A stretch of DNA of 64,000 nucleotides from Lama glama (GCA_028534125.1 CM052817.1:22694001-22758000), one strand, 5' to 3'; shown: positions 11,766 to 25,455, numbered from the stretch's first letter. Notes: generated by a model not told the origin, from the sequence alone. Translations and numbers: made by a program.

Positions 11766-14204
11766 CTTAATGTTTTGTTTCTTAATGCTTTGTTTTCAAA
11801 GACAGTACAATGAATTTCAGAGACTTTATTAAAATCAAAACTGTTGTTAAATATCATGATGTTTTTCCCTCTAGATTACATCATTTTTACACTCTAACTT
11901 TACCAGGTTTTTTTTTAATGACATTTCAAAATAAAGAAGCTATGTGATGAAATTTGCCTCGTATTCATGGCAAGGCATAATGTGCATTCAGGATTAAAAT
12001 TGTTAATTCACCTACTACAATTACTGCAGTGGAAAAGGATCTTCACTCAAGTCAGTATAAATTAAATAACTGGGCCAGTCTATCAAATATCTACCAGTTT
12101 TTCTGTCTGATAGAGGAAATCTAGTAGCCAGGCTAACAAGCAAATATTTGGCAAGCAGTGCTTTTCTAATAATGAAACTGATAATTACACATCTTTCACA
12201 CAGCTGTAATTGAATAAATCTAATTGCCTCTTTTGCTTAACTTAAATGCTAGGTTTCAAACTGTTGTATGGACAGGAAAGCAACATTAGAGGAATTACTC
12301 TAGTGTTGCTTCCCTTCCTATACAGTGGTTTGAACTTAAGCAATAAAGTTAAATGGAAAAGGCTCCAAACTCAATTTTCAATTATAGCAAAGGCAGGGAG
12401 CCACAATTCTCCCTTTCATTACCGTGATGCTCTTCACTGCTGCCTGGGCAAAACCTCTTCACTGTTGTTGTTTGATGCTGTTGTGACTCAAAGTGAAGAG
12501 CACTTGAAATCAAAGATTAAAAGTAAGGGACCAAATTAAAGTGAAGTGATATGTGTGAATGCAAAAATTACATGAAAAAGAAGAAATGGTAAAGAAAAAT
12601 ACATTAAGAAGCGGCTCAACTTCCAGAAGTTCTATTGGGGGTGGGCTGGGTAATGGAGAAGTTTAAAAATATTTAATTAATCTTTGGTTCAAATTCTAAT
12701 GTAATAATACTGTAACTTAACTATTTAACAGTTAGAAGTCTTCAAATAAGGATTGTCCATTTAAATTAGAACATTTTCATCAATTTTTGATAAACATCTA
12801 ATATTTTTTACATTATGATACTTGCAAGTAGTTTGCAAAGAATTGATTCCAAGAGCCTTTAATTAACCATTATTAGATTTTTTCTTCAGTCAATTGTTTC
12901 ATTGTCCAATTAATGAGTTACTTTTTAGCCATATGCCATGTCAACTTCTTTTTTTTTTTTTGATAGTTTCTTATTCTAAACTGCTAAATTACTAAGTATT
13001 TGATTACATCCCTCTGGAATTTAAAAATCAACAATGCCATCTGCAAATCATAATTTTTTAAAGTAGCCACAGAGAAACATAAATTTTAATGATAACATTA
13101 TTAAAGATCAATCTTGACTCTAGAAAACCCCTTTTCTAAGAAACCTGACAATTAGATACCTGGCCTACTAGTATATTAAACTGAATGGAGCTAAATGGGG
13201 AGACACAGACACAGACATACACCCACATATACACACTTTAATAAGACATTGTAAACAAGAATCACTCAAAGCTACCCAAGATTTCTTAGTACACAAACTA
13301 CAAACAATTGGATTCTAAGAAGTTACAGTAGATCCCGAAGAAGAATTTATATTCAAGTCTTATGGAAAACACCAAGTGCAGATTTAGGAAAATAATAGTA
13401 ATTGCGTGGTTTTTAAAAGACACACTTCTGTGATCGTATCTGTATTATATATTTATCTGTGACAGTATATGCACATGCTTGGAACTTTATACTTACTTGC
13501 TAAAAATAATTATCCTTTTAAAATATAATGGACATAAACTACGAGGTAAATTAATTAATTGGAAGTAGAACTGGAACATAGAAATTAAGCATTTTAGACT
13601 ACTAAACTAGTAGTAATCCCAGATAAATTATCTATTTATTAAAATATTTTTAATAATTTTATTAAACAGTTTACATATATTTTGGGGTTTTAGGCAGATA
13701 TCAATTGTTATGCACTTTAATAAGATGTTCAGAAATAAGTTTGCTATTTTTCATCAGTAGTTTTAAATTAATATTTTACTTTCATTTTTATATGTAATGT
13801 AAGCAAGACTGTTTTACATGAGAATAATTAGCAATATGAGATACTTGGCTATCTTCAATAATTTCTATGAAAAATATCAAATTATTCACATTAATTTTTC
13901 CTTTCAGATTATACAATTTATTGCTTAATATTATTTATTTTACCATGAACATTAATATCTACTTTGTATTATTTGATATTGCTCATTGTTACTTAAATAA
14001 TAAAAATATGCAAATAACCCATCTTAAGATCAAAAGCTTTTCATATAACAACTTAATATTTTCAGACAAAAACTGTGGGAAAATTTGTATTAAACAAATT
14101 TCTTTCTTACTGTAAAATAGAGGATATTGAGCTGTCATCTATTAGCCATCTAACTTAAAAATTATGGTTTTCATATAATTCAAAGTTTTTATAAACATGA
14201 TTTT

Positions 14205-14685
14205 TCAAACTATTCTACTAAAGATAGCTATAATATTTTTCTTCCCACATGTTCTTTTGCAATAGGACCTTGCCACTCACCCAACAAGAGATAAATCTGA
14301 GCAGGTCCACTGACTACTCTGACCAATAGAATACAATGGAAATAAAACCATGTCAGTGCTAGGAATAGCCCTTCACTATTTCTGGAACCTCTGCTGCTAA
14401 TCCTTCATGCCTGGAGCTGCCATGTACAAAGTCCAGGCTCTTCTAACCAAAGAAGCCATGGGAAGAGACCCTGAGGAACCACACCTGTTTATGAAGAAGT
14501 AATCTTGGATTATAGCCTCTGAATGACTCAATCCCAAGTTACTATGTAACTGCAGACGTCCTGGAGATCACAAATGAGAAACCAGGAGAGTCCAGAAAAT
14601 ACACAGAATCATGAGAGATAATAATACATTATTTTTAATAAGCTAATTTGAGGGGGTGATGATGGCATGCAATAGTAGTTAATGA
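14205..14685 (+). mobile_element. MaLR LTR (MLT1G/H-like)
   Basis: tgactactctgaccaatagaatacaatggaa, gagctgccatgtacaaagtccag and cacagaatcatgagagataata. Confidence 0.75.
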
Positions 14686-14802
14686 AAATGGTTCATTTTT
14701 GAAACATCTAAAATAATAATAATAACAAAAAATAATAGTACATTGTGTTCCCTAAAATCTTTTGACGTCTCATAGCATGTTTCTTCACAGTATTATTAGT
14801 TT

Positions 14803-14834
<32 letters not shown>
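14803..14834. repeat. compound (TG)n(TA)n microsatellite
   Basis: (TG)7(TA)9, read directly. Confidence 0.95.
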
Positions 14835-15334
14835 CACCACATTTATATATATATAGCACATTTCTTTTGCTAACTCACAATATTCAGAAATCTACTTTAG
14901 AGTAAGTGAGCTAAATTGATTTGCATGAAACCAAAGTCTTCTCACTTTCTGAAGATTAATCTGTTAAAATCCATAGCATTGTGAGAAACAAAAGTAAATA
15001 TAAGACAAATTAAGCAACCTTCAGGTATGTTTTGTATGTATTTTTTCTTAAGCAATATTGATTTGCTATTTTTTATTAAGCCATATACTTTATGATGAGA
15101 AATGCATTCAAATAAAGCATAATATTACAGTATGAAAGTTAACACAAAACATATTTAGAATATGAGAATTATTAAACTTTATTTTCTAAGTAGTTGCACA
15201 ATGCATAATTATATGGTTAATAGTCCATAACTATTCAATAATATTTCAAATCAGTTGTCATAAAATAGCTAATTTTCTAAAATAGTATTTGTTAAGATAC
15301 TTGATGATAAATTCTAGAAAAATGCTGAAGTAGA

Positions 15335-15865
15335 TGTTTATTAATTATCAATAGCTGCATAAAAATTCTATTCCAAAACTTTGGGGTTTAAACCACAATA
15401 AGCACGTAGTGTCTCATAGTTCCTGTGGCTTAGGCATTCAGGAGCAGCTCATCTAGGAAGCTCTGCTCAGGGTCTCTGATAAAGTTGCACTTAAATGATC
15501 AGCAGGGATAACAAACAAAATGGCGGCTAGAGGATATGCTTCCAAGATGGCTCACTGACATGACTGGCAAGTTTGTGCTGGTAAGACCTTCAGTTTTTTC
15601 CTATGTGGGTCCCCTCATGGTTTTTTGAGTATCCTCACCACAGGGTGGTGGGGCCCCAGAGAGTAAACAACTAAGTATGAGAAAAAGGACAGCAGTAAGT
15701 CCTTTTATACCCTGGCCTTGAAAGCCACTCACTAGCATTTCTGCCATCTTCTATTTACCTAGAGACACTGAGGCCAGCCCATGTTCAAGCTGAAGGAAAC
15801 TCGTGTCCACATTTTAAATGGAGGAGTGTCAAAGAATTTCTGGACACACTTTAAAAACCACCACA
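15335..15865 (-). mobile_element. MaLR LTR (MLT1F-like)
   Basis: cttccaagatggctcactgacatgactggcaagtt and terminal ggaggagtgtcaaagaatttctggacacactttaaaaaccaccaca. Confidence 0.8.
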
Positions 15866-16299
15866 AGGGGTAACACAATTTAATGGCACTGTCACCTTCG
15901 AAGATTACTTGAAGCAAAATGCCTGACACATAATTGTGAATGAGAAACTGAAGAAGGAACAGATCTAAAAGCAACTGTAGAATTTATGTGGATTTTTTGG
16001 CTCTCTAGGGAGTTTTAATTAGAAGTAGTTCCAAAAGTCAAGTCATTTCCTATGTAATATTAATTTAGTAACTAAAATATAAGGATTTATTAAGAAAGCA
16101 TACTGCATATTTTTTATATAAACAAGGACTCGTCAAACTGATTGCCAAGTTTAACCAGTTGATTTCTCTATATTTTAACTAGATAGAGCTTATTATTATC
16201 TAGCTGGAAAGTAAATCATTTCTTAATTCAGCATTTATCTTAAAAACTTTTGACATATGTTATTCAACAAACTGGACTGAAGCATCAGTAGAGTAGAGA

Positions 16300-16545
16300 A
16301 GAAATCAAGTTGTTAAAGACCTAGACTTGGTGGTAAATTTCCTAGGGTTGAAATCCAGACTTTGTCATTTACAAAGCATTTGGCTTTGAGAGGTAGCTGA
16401 ACGTCTCTGAATTCCAGTTTACTGAGCTGTATAATGGGATAAACACAGAACTTACTCCATGGGGCTGTTGTGAGGCTTAACAGTCTAAGCAGAATGCAGA
16501 TACGTAGCAAGTAATCAATAAATAAAGGTAAGCTATTATAATTAT
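16300..16545 (+). mobile_element. MIR SINE
   Basis: gggttgaaatccagactttgtcatttac...ctgtataatgggataa...ggctgttgtgaggcttaa...tcaataaat. Confidence 0.75.
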
Positions 16546-18820
16546 TAAGAAGAATGGGTGTACTTACAGTAAGGCTACTTAATAATTTTAAGTTAGTAAA
16601 ATAACCTCAAATGCAGGCTTTTTTTTTTTTAATGAAGCAAAGTATTCAGTTAAAGGAGAGGGACAAAAAAGGAGAAGAAAATCAAATTTCCTCTTCAATT
16701 TTCAAGGCCTGTACATTCAATTTTCCAGTGCTTTATCTGATCATCAGAAATCCACTTAACCGACCTACATTGCAGAGATGATTTTGTAATTACGAAGAAA
16801 ATCACAGGTAATGGATTGGAAAACACACTTCTTATGAATTCTTAGTGATTACCTTCACTGTTTTCTTAAATCCTAAGCAGATGAGCATCCCCATAAGACC
16901 TGTTAGTAAGTACTCATTACACTTTATAAAGGTGCTCCCATGGTGAGCTCAAGATCAAGTAGCCTTAGATTCTCTGGTAAGAAAGAGGGGCCTCTGGAGG
17001 AGACCTATATTTCACATTTCTGAGCTGTGACTATTTCCCACTTTATTTTATATCCACTGCTTTCCTCCCTCCTGAAGGAGAATTAAACAGCAGTTTTACT
17101 CAATGGAGCAATTAGCTCATCATTCACTTCATTATAAATGAAATGTTGACATTAAACAGGACCCCTTAACCATTATAATGACCATAACTAGCTTCTATAT
17201 TGTTCTTGAAAAAGACTTCTTGTTCCCTTTAGAATCATCATTATTACTCTTATCATTTTCTTTGGAGGAACCAGAATCAAGGTTTCCATTATAAATTCAC
17301 TGGAAGTCCTGTTTTTATTATTCACTTTTTTCTTCAATTCAGTTGCCTATAGATGGAACTCATACATAAGATTAACTCAAAATGGTAGCTTATTTTCAAT
17401 ACTGATACTTTTTGTTGATGCAATTTATGTCTATACTCCCTCCCTGCTCAAGTTATGTATTTACCCTGTATCCTAGTGATTTTCTTATTTCTATGCTGGA
17501 AGAATATACACAGGAAAAGAATATATATTTTTAGTGAGGAATGGTCATATTGCTGTACTGGAATATCCTCATTTCCTTACTGGACTCTTTGTGAGCAAGC
17601 GATCTTTATATTTGTAGTGCTTTACTGAGTAGGTGAGGTGCTGAAGTGGTTGCAGAGAGTAAGGGAATTAACACCAACTGCCCATTCTTTCATTATCGGT
17701 TAGCACACATTCTATTTTATATCTTGCCCTAATTTTATCACTCTATGTTTTTTTTTATTACATTAAAATCTATGTACTAGAAAAATCAACTGAAGAATTT
17801 AAAATCCCTAAATTCAATGCCATTAATTCTAATAAGTTTGGTAGAATTCTGATATTTTTGCATATTGTTTACTAATCAGATCATTGAAATGTTCTGTGGA
17901 AATGATGAAAAATGGAAAACCAGTCCTATTCTCTTATTCTTAGTCAATTTTTCTCACTTGTGTTTGAGCAGAATTTTATCTTAGCTTTTTCAAAATACTT
18001 TTAAATACTCAACAATGAAAATAGCCATTGTTCCATATTTTTCAATGTAAATAACTATAGCAAAATTTAAAGCACAGTCTTTCTACTCAGATGAATCAGT
18101 TTTGATTGCTTCTAATTAGATCATCTTTTTGAGATATTTCTTCAAAATAGCTTAGAAAGTAATTTTTACTGTTTTTCCCCCATAGCTAATGAAAGTTTAA
18201 CCTGCCTATAATTACTTGCTGCATTAAATGTCCCACTTTCTGAAAATCATGTTATGTTTGCTTGAAATTATTCGCTAGAGTATTTCTAAAAATAACCAAA
18301 GAAAATGTATTAATTTCCCTCTCATTTTTCAAAGCCTTAGGTCTCTGAGTTGCACATACAGTCATTAAATTTTAATAAATATAAACTTTTCTAACTTTGT
18401 ATAGTTGTCCCTCAAGTCATAAGTTCTCAAATAAAGAACACATCCTTCACATAAACTAATCTTGATCAAGGTCATAAAGCTTGTTTGTCTTAAATTTCTA
18501 ACAACAAAATATTCTGATTAAAGGTCCAATTATTTACCATGCTATATTTTCAGTTGCCCAACAAAACACAGACTTAAAATATTTGGTTACTCTTTCTCCT
18601 CTAAATAATAAAAGCCACAGATTACTAAAAGTAGTAGTTAGTTCAGTTTCTCCTTCTTAAAGTTTTCACTGTAGCACTGTACGTTATAAAATCCTAGAAT
18701 CTGGGTTCTAAAGTTAGGCTTTCATGGAGTGAAACAAAAAATACTTATTGTAATAAAATGAGGGCTACACTGGCTGTTAATAGCTTGCAATTACTCTCTG
18801 TTGAGTGGAATTGACCAATT

Positions 18821-19230
18821 TGTAGCAGAGATTATAATGTAGTATAATAAGAGTTTGTCTCCGTTTGTATGTTTAACTGCTGACAGCTTTCAAGCCCCTG
18901 TTCACTCTCTCCCCTTCTTGGCCCACATCTGGGAAAGGCACAAAGATAGCCTGGATGCTTGTTCTGATTCTGGAAGGACATTCAAATCGTGTAATACCTG
19001 TAACGCTCATCACAGACTCACTCACTAACCATTTGCCCCACCTTACTCTCCAAAGCCATTTTCAGACCAGTTTGGGTATCTGCCCAACTTTTTACAGAAA
19101 ACTTCATGATATGAATAATAAATCTTTAAATGTTATTCTCAGTGCATGTGTGGCATCATCATTCTTAATACCTAAATCAAATTTTAGGTTGAGTTTGGTT
19201 CTAATCTCTGTGGGGCATGTAGCAAATAAA
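18821..19230 (+). mobile_element. ERV1-class solo LTR (MER90/MER110-like)
   Basis: ctgctgacagctttcaagcccc...cccacatctggg and aataataaatc...gtgtggcatcatca. Confidence 0.6.
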
Positions 19231-19459
19231 TTGGCTGATTTATCACATTTCTGTATCTGTCCCAGAGCTACAAAAAATCAGTAGACCCTCTCACAAGGAT
19301 CACAAATTCAGATTTCTAAGGGACACTAGGTTTAGTAAAAATGTTAGGTAGATTAGAACAAATCTGGTCATCTGAGAAACAATATCTAAGCATTTCCACT
19401 GAATTGTCATCATTCATGTATGGAGTTTAATGTTAGATTTTATAATTTTCTCTCTTTAA

Positions 19460-22168
19460 TTGATAAAATAAGTTAACAGAAAATAAGTAGGAAAATATAA
19501 GATGAACCACAGTATCTTCAACTGGACTTAACTGACATTTATGTGACACTTCATTCAACAATAACAGAATGCAGATTTAAGAATGTTCATGGAACTCTCA
19601 AAAAGATACTTTATATACTAGACTACAAAAAAAGTCTCAATATATTTTTTTAAATTGGCATCATACAGATTATGTTTTCTGACCACAGAAAGCTTAAATT
19701 GAAATCAATAACAAAAAGATATCAGGGATATCTACGAATACAGGAAATTATCAATGCACTTTGGGATCTCTCATGGGTCAAACAAGAAATCAAAAAGGAA
19801 ACTAGAAATTAAAATAACAAAATATATCAAAACGTACATGAATTAGCTAAAGAAGAGGCCAAAGGGAATTTACAGATTTTAAAGTTTCATGTTAGAAATG
19901 AAGAAAAGAATAAAATAAATGATGAATAAACAAATTTAATAAGCTAGAAAGCAAATGATGAACAAAACTAAAAATAAGTAGAAGGAAAGAAATAATAAAG
20001 ATTAATAAAAGCTGAAAATTAATAGAAAAATATAGTGAAACTAGAATCTGTCTATTTGAGGTCAATGATTCAGATAAAATGAACAAATATCTTAAATAAC
20101 TCAAATAATCAAAACTAACTGGAGCTATTCAGATAACTTGAATAGCTCTATGTCCATTAAAAATACATATTTGAGTGAAACACCTTCTTATGAACAAAAC
20201 TGCCCCAGATGAATTCCTCCAAACACTTAAGGAAGAGATAAGACCAAAAATAAAAAAAATCTTCATGAACATAGATCTAAAACTCCATATTTAACTGAAT
20301 ATAAATTCATCAAATCTAACATTATATACAATGTGTAACATATCTTGAATAAAAGATACTTAACAAGGGTTAACATTAAAAATATGAATCCATGTATCTT
20401 ATATTAATAAACATAAAAATCATATCATCATCTCAGATGCAGAAAAAGCATGTGACACAATTCAAAGTGCTTCCATGACTGAAAATTCTCAGGAAACAGG
20501 AAAGAAAAAATTGGGACCTCCCCAAACTGGTAAAGGGCATCTACTAAAAACCTACAGTTAAATTCCTACTTAGTTACAACACACTGAATGCTTTTCCTTG
20601 ACTTAGTCAAGAATACCCAACCTCTCACTTCTTTTCAACATCATACTTGAGGTATTGCCACTGCAGTAAGACAAGGGAAATAAATATCTTTTACACACAT
20701 GGAAAAGGAAGTGGTAAAACTGAATTTATTATAAATATCATGGCTGTGTGTATACAAATTCCTAACGAATCTACAGATAAGCTCCTAGATATTGTAAGTT
20801 AGTTTAGTAAAGTCATAGATTAGTATGCCAGAATACATGTTGGAGAATTTATATACCTAATTTTAAGAGTTAATATTTGACACTACATTAATCAATAGAG
20901 TGGATTAAATGCATGTGTGGGTGTGTGTGTATCAGTAAAACAGAATAAAAGATTCCAATAAGTAAACACAAACATATGTGGCCTATTAAATTCTGACCAA
21001 AGTCACAAGGTAATTTAATGAGAAAACAATAGCCATTTTAACAAGTGGTGCTGAAATACTGGGATATCCATGTGTAAAAAGCATGAATTTTAGGCTCTTA
21101 CTTTAAGTGTGTATAAATTAACTTGCCATGTATCAACAAACTAAACATAAAAGATAAAGTATGGATTCTTAATGAAAACAAACTTGCATTAGTCAAAAAT
21201 TTCTTAAAAAGGAAACAAACAGTACAAACTGTAAAATAAAAATCAATGTTTTTTTTTAAATTAAAAATTTCTGGGGGGAAGGGATAGCTCAAGTGGTAGA
21301 GCACAAACTTAGCATGCACAAGGTCATAGGTCCAATCCCCAGTACCTCCTCTAAAAGTAAATCGAATTACCTTCCCCCCACAAAAAATAAAAATAAAAAT
21401 TTCTGTTCCTCAGAAGTTATTTTAAGAAAACAAAGGTGAACAGTAACCTTTTAGAAAATGTTTGCAAAGCATATATCTGACAAATGACCTGTATTGACAA
21501 TAAATGAAAACTACTTATGTTTCAATACTAAGATTAACAATAAATGAATCTTAAAATATAAAGGAAAAAGCTTTTCACAAATACTTCAGAAGAAAAGATA
21601 TATAAATGACTAATAAGAATGGCTGCTTAAACATATTAGTCAACATTAATCAACTTCATTAAAACTATAATTGATATTACTAACTACCTAAGAGAATGGC
21701 TAAATTTTTTTTTAAAAAATGACAATAAAAAGAGCTAGTAATTTGTGGAGAGATGGAACTCTAAATCAGTCACTTCTGATGAGAATGTAAAGTGACACAT
21801 TCACCTGCTTAGGAAGAGAGTTTTGCAGTTTAATATGAAGTTAAATCTGCAGGTACCATATCTACCTCACTCCTAGGTATTTAATCAAGAGAAGTGAAAG
21901 CACATATCCACTTAAAACTTGTGTGTAAACATTCATAGTAGCTGTATTGTAATATCCTTAAACTGAAAACAACCCCAAAGTCCATCAACAAGTGAATGGA
22001 CAAACACAATGTTGTATACACACATTTGTATACATACACACATTTGTATGGATACACAAATGGGATACCAGTCAGCAGTTAAAAGGAATGAACTTCTGAT
22101 ACCTGCAGCAATATCTATAGCTCTCAAAATAACTGTAAAGTGAATTGAAAGAAGTTAAAAAAAAAAAA
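19460..22168 (+). mobile_element. Old L1 (L1MB/ME-type) ORF2 to 3'UTR, decayed and with deletions
   Basis: A-rich sense L1 with tgttttctgaccacag, atctcagatgcagaaaaagcatgtgac (DAEKAFD-like), ctcctaggtattta and aaaggaatgaacttctgatac. Confidence 0.85.
21274..21393 (+). mobile_element. tRNA-derived SINE, camelid vic-1 type
   Basis: A box tagctcaagtggtagagc, B-box-like ggtccaatccc, A-rich tail; perfect 12-bp TSD taaaaatttctg at 21262-21273 and 21394-21405. Confidence 0.9.
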
Positions 22169-22913
22169 GCGTACCCGCCATGGACGCACGCAGATGATGT
22201 AGGGGCTACAACAAGACATAGTTTGGAACATTGGCTCTCCAAAACTTTGTCTATCATCTATCGTGTTGTAGTCAGACAAAATATCATTTGAATTGACCAG
22301 CACGCAATGTTCTATTCAATTTTGATATAATTACAGAATGACTTAAGAATTTTAATCAATATTGGTAAATCCTAAAGTAGATGTATTATTCTATTAATGT
22401 ATTAAAGAGAGTTTATTTCCACTGCCAAAGTACTGATCAAGTCAACATGAAAAACTACAGCAATTTCTGTCTTTATTAAACCAGCTCTTTAATTCATCAA
22501 CTATAAGCAACTAATAAAGTTAACCCATATTTGCTTCTACCATACTTTGCCCAATGTTTTGGTAGCTTTGTGAATATAATTTATATTCTGAACATCAAGA
22601 AATGTATTGGTCATCCTATCATGTGACAGAACCATTCTTATCATCCCCTCATGCAGTGATACGCAGAGCTCCACTTGTGAGTTATTTCTCCCCGTTGCCA
22701 TCATATGTTTCTATACTTCTTCAACTCTCCAATTTCAACCCTTCTGGGAAGCCTTCCTTTCCTATTCATGACACCAGCATACTTCTATTTTAGTCTTTAT
22801 TATATAGATCAAAACGATATTTCACTTTGGTATTATAATGTTGTTAATTGAGGAACTCTATTTCTCTAAGTGGTTAGATTGGGTTTTTAATTATTTATTG
22901 AGTGTATGTTGTC

Positions 22914-22937
22914 CACACACACACACACACACACACA
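22914..22937. repeat. (CA)12 microsatellite
   Basis: Read directly. Confidence 0.95.
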
Positions 22938-23748
22938 AATATCAGTTGATCAGTTGAGAATAAGTGACTGGAATGTAAGGAATATTCAGTCTAAAAAGAA
23001 TTTCTGTATAAATTTTGTTTATTATTTTGAAAAACAGAAGGTTCAAGTTAATTTAGCTCTAGGGAACTAGAAAATTGTGAAAAATAGGGTTAAAGTGTTT
23101 AATACTAGAAAACATGGAGAGAGAAAATTCTCTGAATTTATTTCCTTATTTCTGATATCATCTGTAAACCCAGTGAATTAATTTCCTACATAAGTTAATT
23201 CATATTTAATTATGGATACCATGTGGATATACTGTGCTAAGCTCTTTTATAGAATAAAATGGTGGTTTTATTATGTTTTAGGACTATTTTAGATATATTT
23301 TCTTTATAGAGGAAGAAATTCAAGTTAAAAATTGTATCTTGTCATAAAAAGATACTGTTTTTCAAAAGTTGCTATAGTGCTTAATCAAATTTCATGTCAT
23401 GATTAGAGAATTACAGAAAACAGCTTACATAATTTAAAATCAGAATGACAAACAGTTGCCGAAAACAACTTTGGTGGTGTTACTGAGCAGATCTTCATGT
23501 GTTTCAATTTAAAAGAAAAGAATATATAATTAGTCATGAGAACAGGGCTTAGGGGATCTCTCTATATTGAGTAAATCCACACCTGCTATTCTAGAAAGAA
23601 ACTTGACTGAGAAGGTTAGAGCAAACTAAGCACAGGTGGGCTCCTGCCTCTGAAAACTCCTTTTAGCTCAGTTCTACTGTCAGCGTCCATCATCAGCTGT
23701 TAATACAACAATCCCTTTTCATTTCCAACAAAACAAAACAAAAAATAC

Positions 23749-23914
23749 CTTTCCCCGGGGTTGCCTGTTGCACGCTCTGAAGAATGCATGGTGCTTATGT
23801 GACCAGGTGTGCACAACAGGAAGGAGTTAAGATGAAGCTGTCAGAATGATAACAATCGTGCCTTGATGAGTTCTTGTTATTTTAAGATGCACCTGCTCCA
23901 AGTCAGCAGGATTT
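23749..23914 (-). other. Candidate exon with possible start codon (MHSSERATGNPGE...)
   Basis: Minus-strand acceptor tttctgattttcctcag|A, donor AAG|gtattt, gcaccATG at 23789, upstream in-frame stop; repeat-free context; gene not recognised. Confidence 0.3.
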
Positions 23915-24943
23915 CTGAGGAAAATCAGAAATGTGTTGGATGTATCCCAAGGCACATAAAAGACTGAATTCAATTCTGTCTAGCTGATGTTTAGAAATTT
24001 ACAGCAGTGCTGACTGGGCTAAATGCCTTTCTTACAAAATTCCAGAAGAGACAGTGTTGTTATTTGTCAGAGAAAATTACATAGCAGATCCCTTGTTAAA
24101 AATGCATACCTTCCTCCCTGCCCTCACCCTTTCTTCCTCCTTCCTCAGTAGGTGTGCTGGTCTTGACCAAGCTAGAAATGTGACAGGAAGACACACTATT
24201 ATTTAAAAGAAAGGATTGGTGTCTCTTCACAATCTCAGGGTTAAATGATGATTCCTAAAGTGCCAGCATTTGTACTATAAATCACAGAAATTAAAAAAGA
24301 CATCAGAGCAGATACAGTAGTGTATGTATATGTTTATGTGTATACATATACACATATTTATATGCATACACACAGAAAATCACTGGTGAGCAAGTTAGAT
24401 ACATATAAAGTAAGTATACAATAATTATTGTCACACTGTTCTTTATATTTTCCACTGTTTACCTAATTTTCTCCAAAGAAACTGCACTAGTTTTACAACC
24501 AGATAAAAAAAGGCAATTAAGGTTTATTTGTATTTGTTGGGGAAGTACAGTATACAAAAACATAGAAATTAAGAGACAGAGACCAACACTGACTTAGGAA
24601 ATTTAAATAATATAATCCATTGCATATGTAATTTAGTAACAACAAAAAAGTTACATATGGGCTATCATGCCCCATATTCTGCAATTACAATGTTCATGGG
24701 GGAAATACTGAAAATATAACAATCATACATCAGAGGCAACTATTTAATGGGGTTTTATCTAGTATCTTGACAGAAATATGTACGCTTATCATGGGTTATT
24801 CCAAACACTGTTGTAATGCTATTTTAGAAAATATATTTAATTCAAGATGAACTAAGAAATTAAAAGATGACATCAAATAGAACAAAGAGAAAAAGGAGAT
24901 GAACCTCAAGAGAAAGGTTTGAACAATAAAGCGCATGTCTTAC

Positions 24944-24990
24944 CGCCTGTCTATTTTCTTGGTATGAGATGAAAACTCACACTGACATTT
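24944..24990 (-). other. Candidate 47-nt exon
   Basis: Minus-strand acceptor ttccatttctgtctctttgtgatgtttgctag|A and donor GCG|gtaaga. Confidence 0.25.
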
Positions 24991-25334
24991 CTAGCAAACA
25001 TCACAAAGAGACAGAAATGGAATCAATTACATGCTATAAAACGGTGGTAAAATTAGACGAACAACACAACCAAGTTGGACTGTGGCCTAAGAGAAGCTCA
25101 GCTACTCTACTGCCAGGGCTTCAGAACAGGCGTTTCCCTTTGCGCACACATCAGATACTCAGTGTGATAAACATTATCTAAAAACATACTCACAGTAAAT
25201 ACAAAATGAAGTAACGTAGTTTTAAGGGGGAGAAAACTCAGCATGTACTTTCAGCAGATTCCTTGGCACAAGGCAGGGGGTGACAGGTTAGAAACCACTG
25301 GATTTTGGTGTTTTGCTGCTGTTGTTGCTTTTAG

Positions 25335-25455
25335 CTTTTAAAATAGGAATAACAGGATCTACTTATTAGGGGTGTTCTAGGAATTAAATGATATAATAAG
25401 CTCAGCTCAGAATCTGGCATACTAAACAGTAAAAAATAATGGTCATTATTATATA
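25335..25455 (+). mobile_element. MIR fragment
   Basis: taaaataggaataacagga...aattaaatgatataat...tctggcatac. Confidence 0.6.

Noticed and set aside
12860..13020. Possible fourth CR1/L3 remnant
   Set aside because: Similarity is too weak to support by eye.
21274..21345. tRNA gene
   Set aside because: The tRNA-like A/B boxes are followed by a SINE body and A tail, with TSDs on both sides; it is a SINE.
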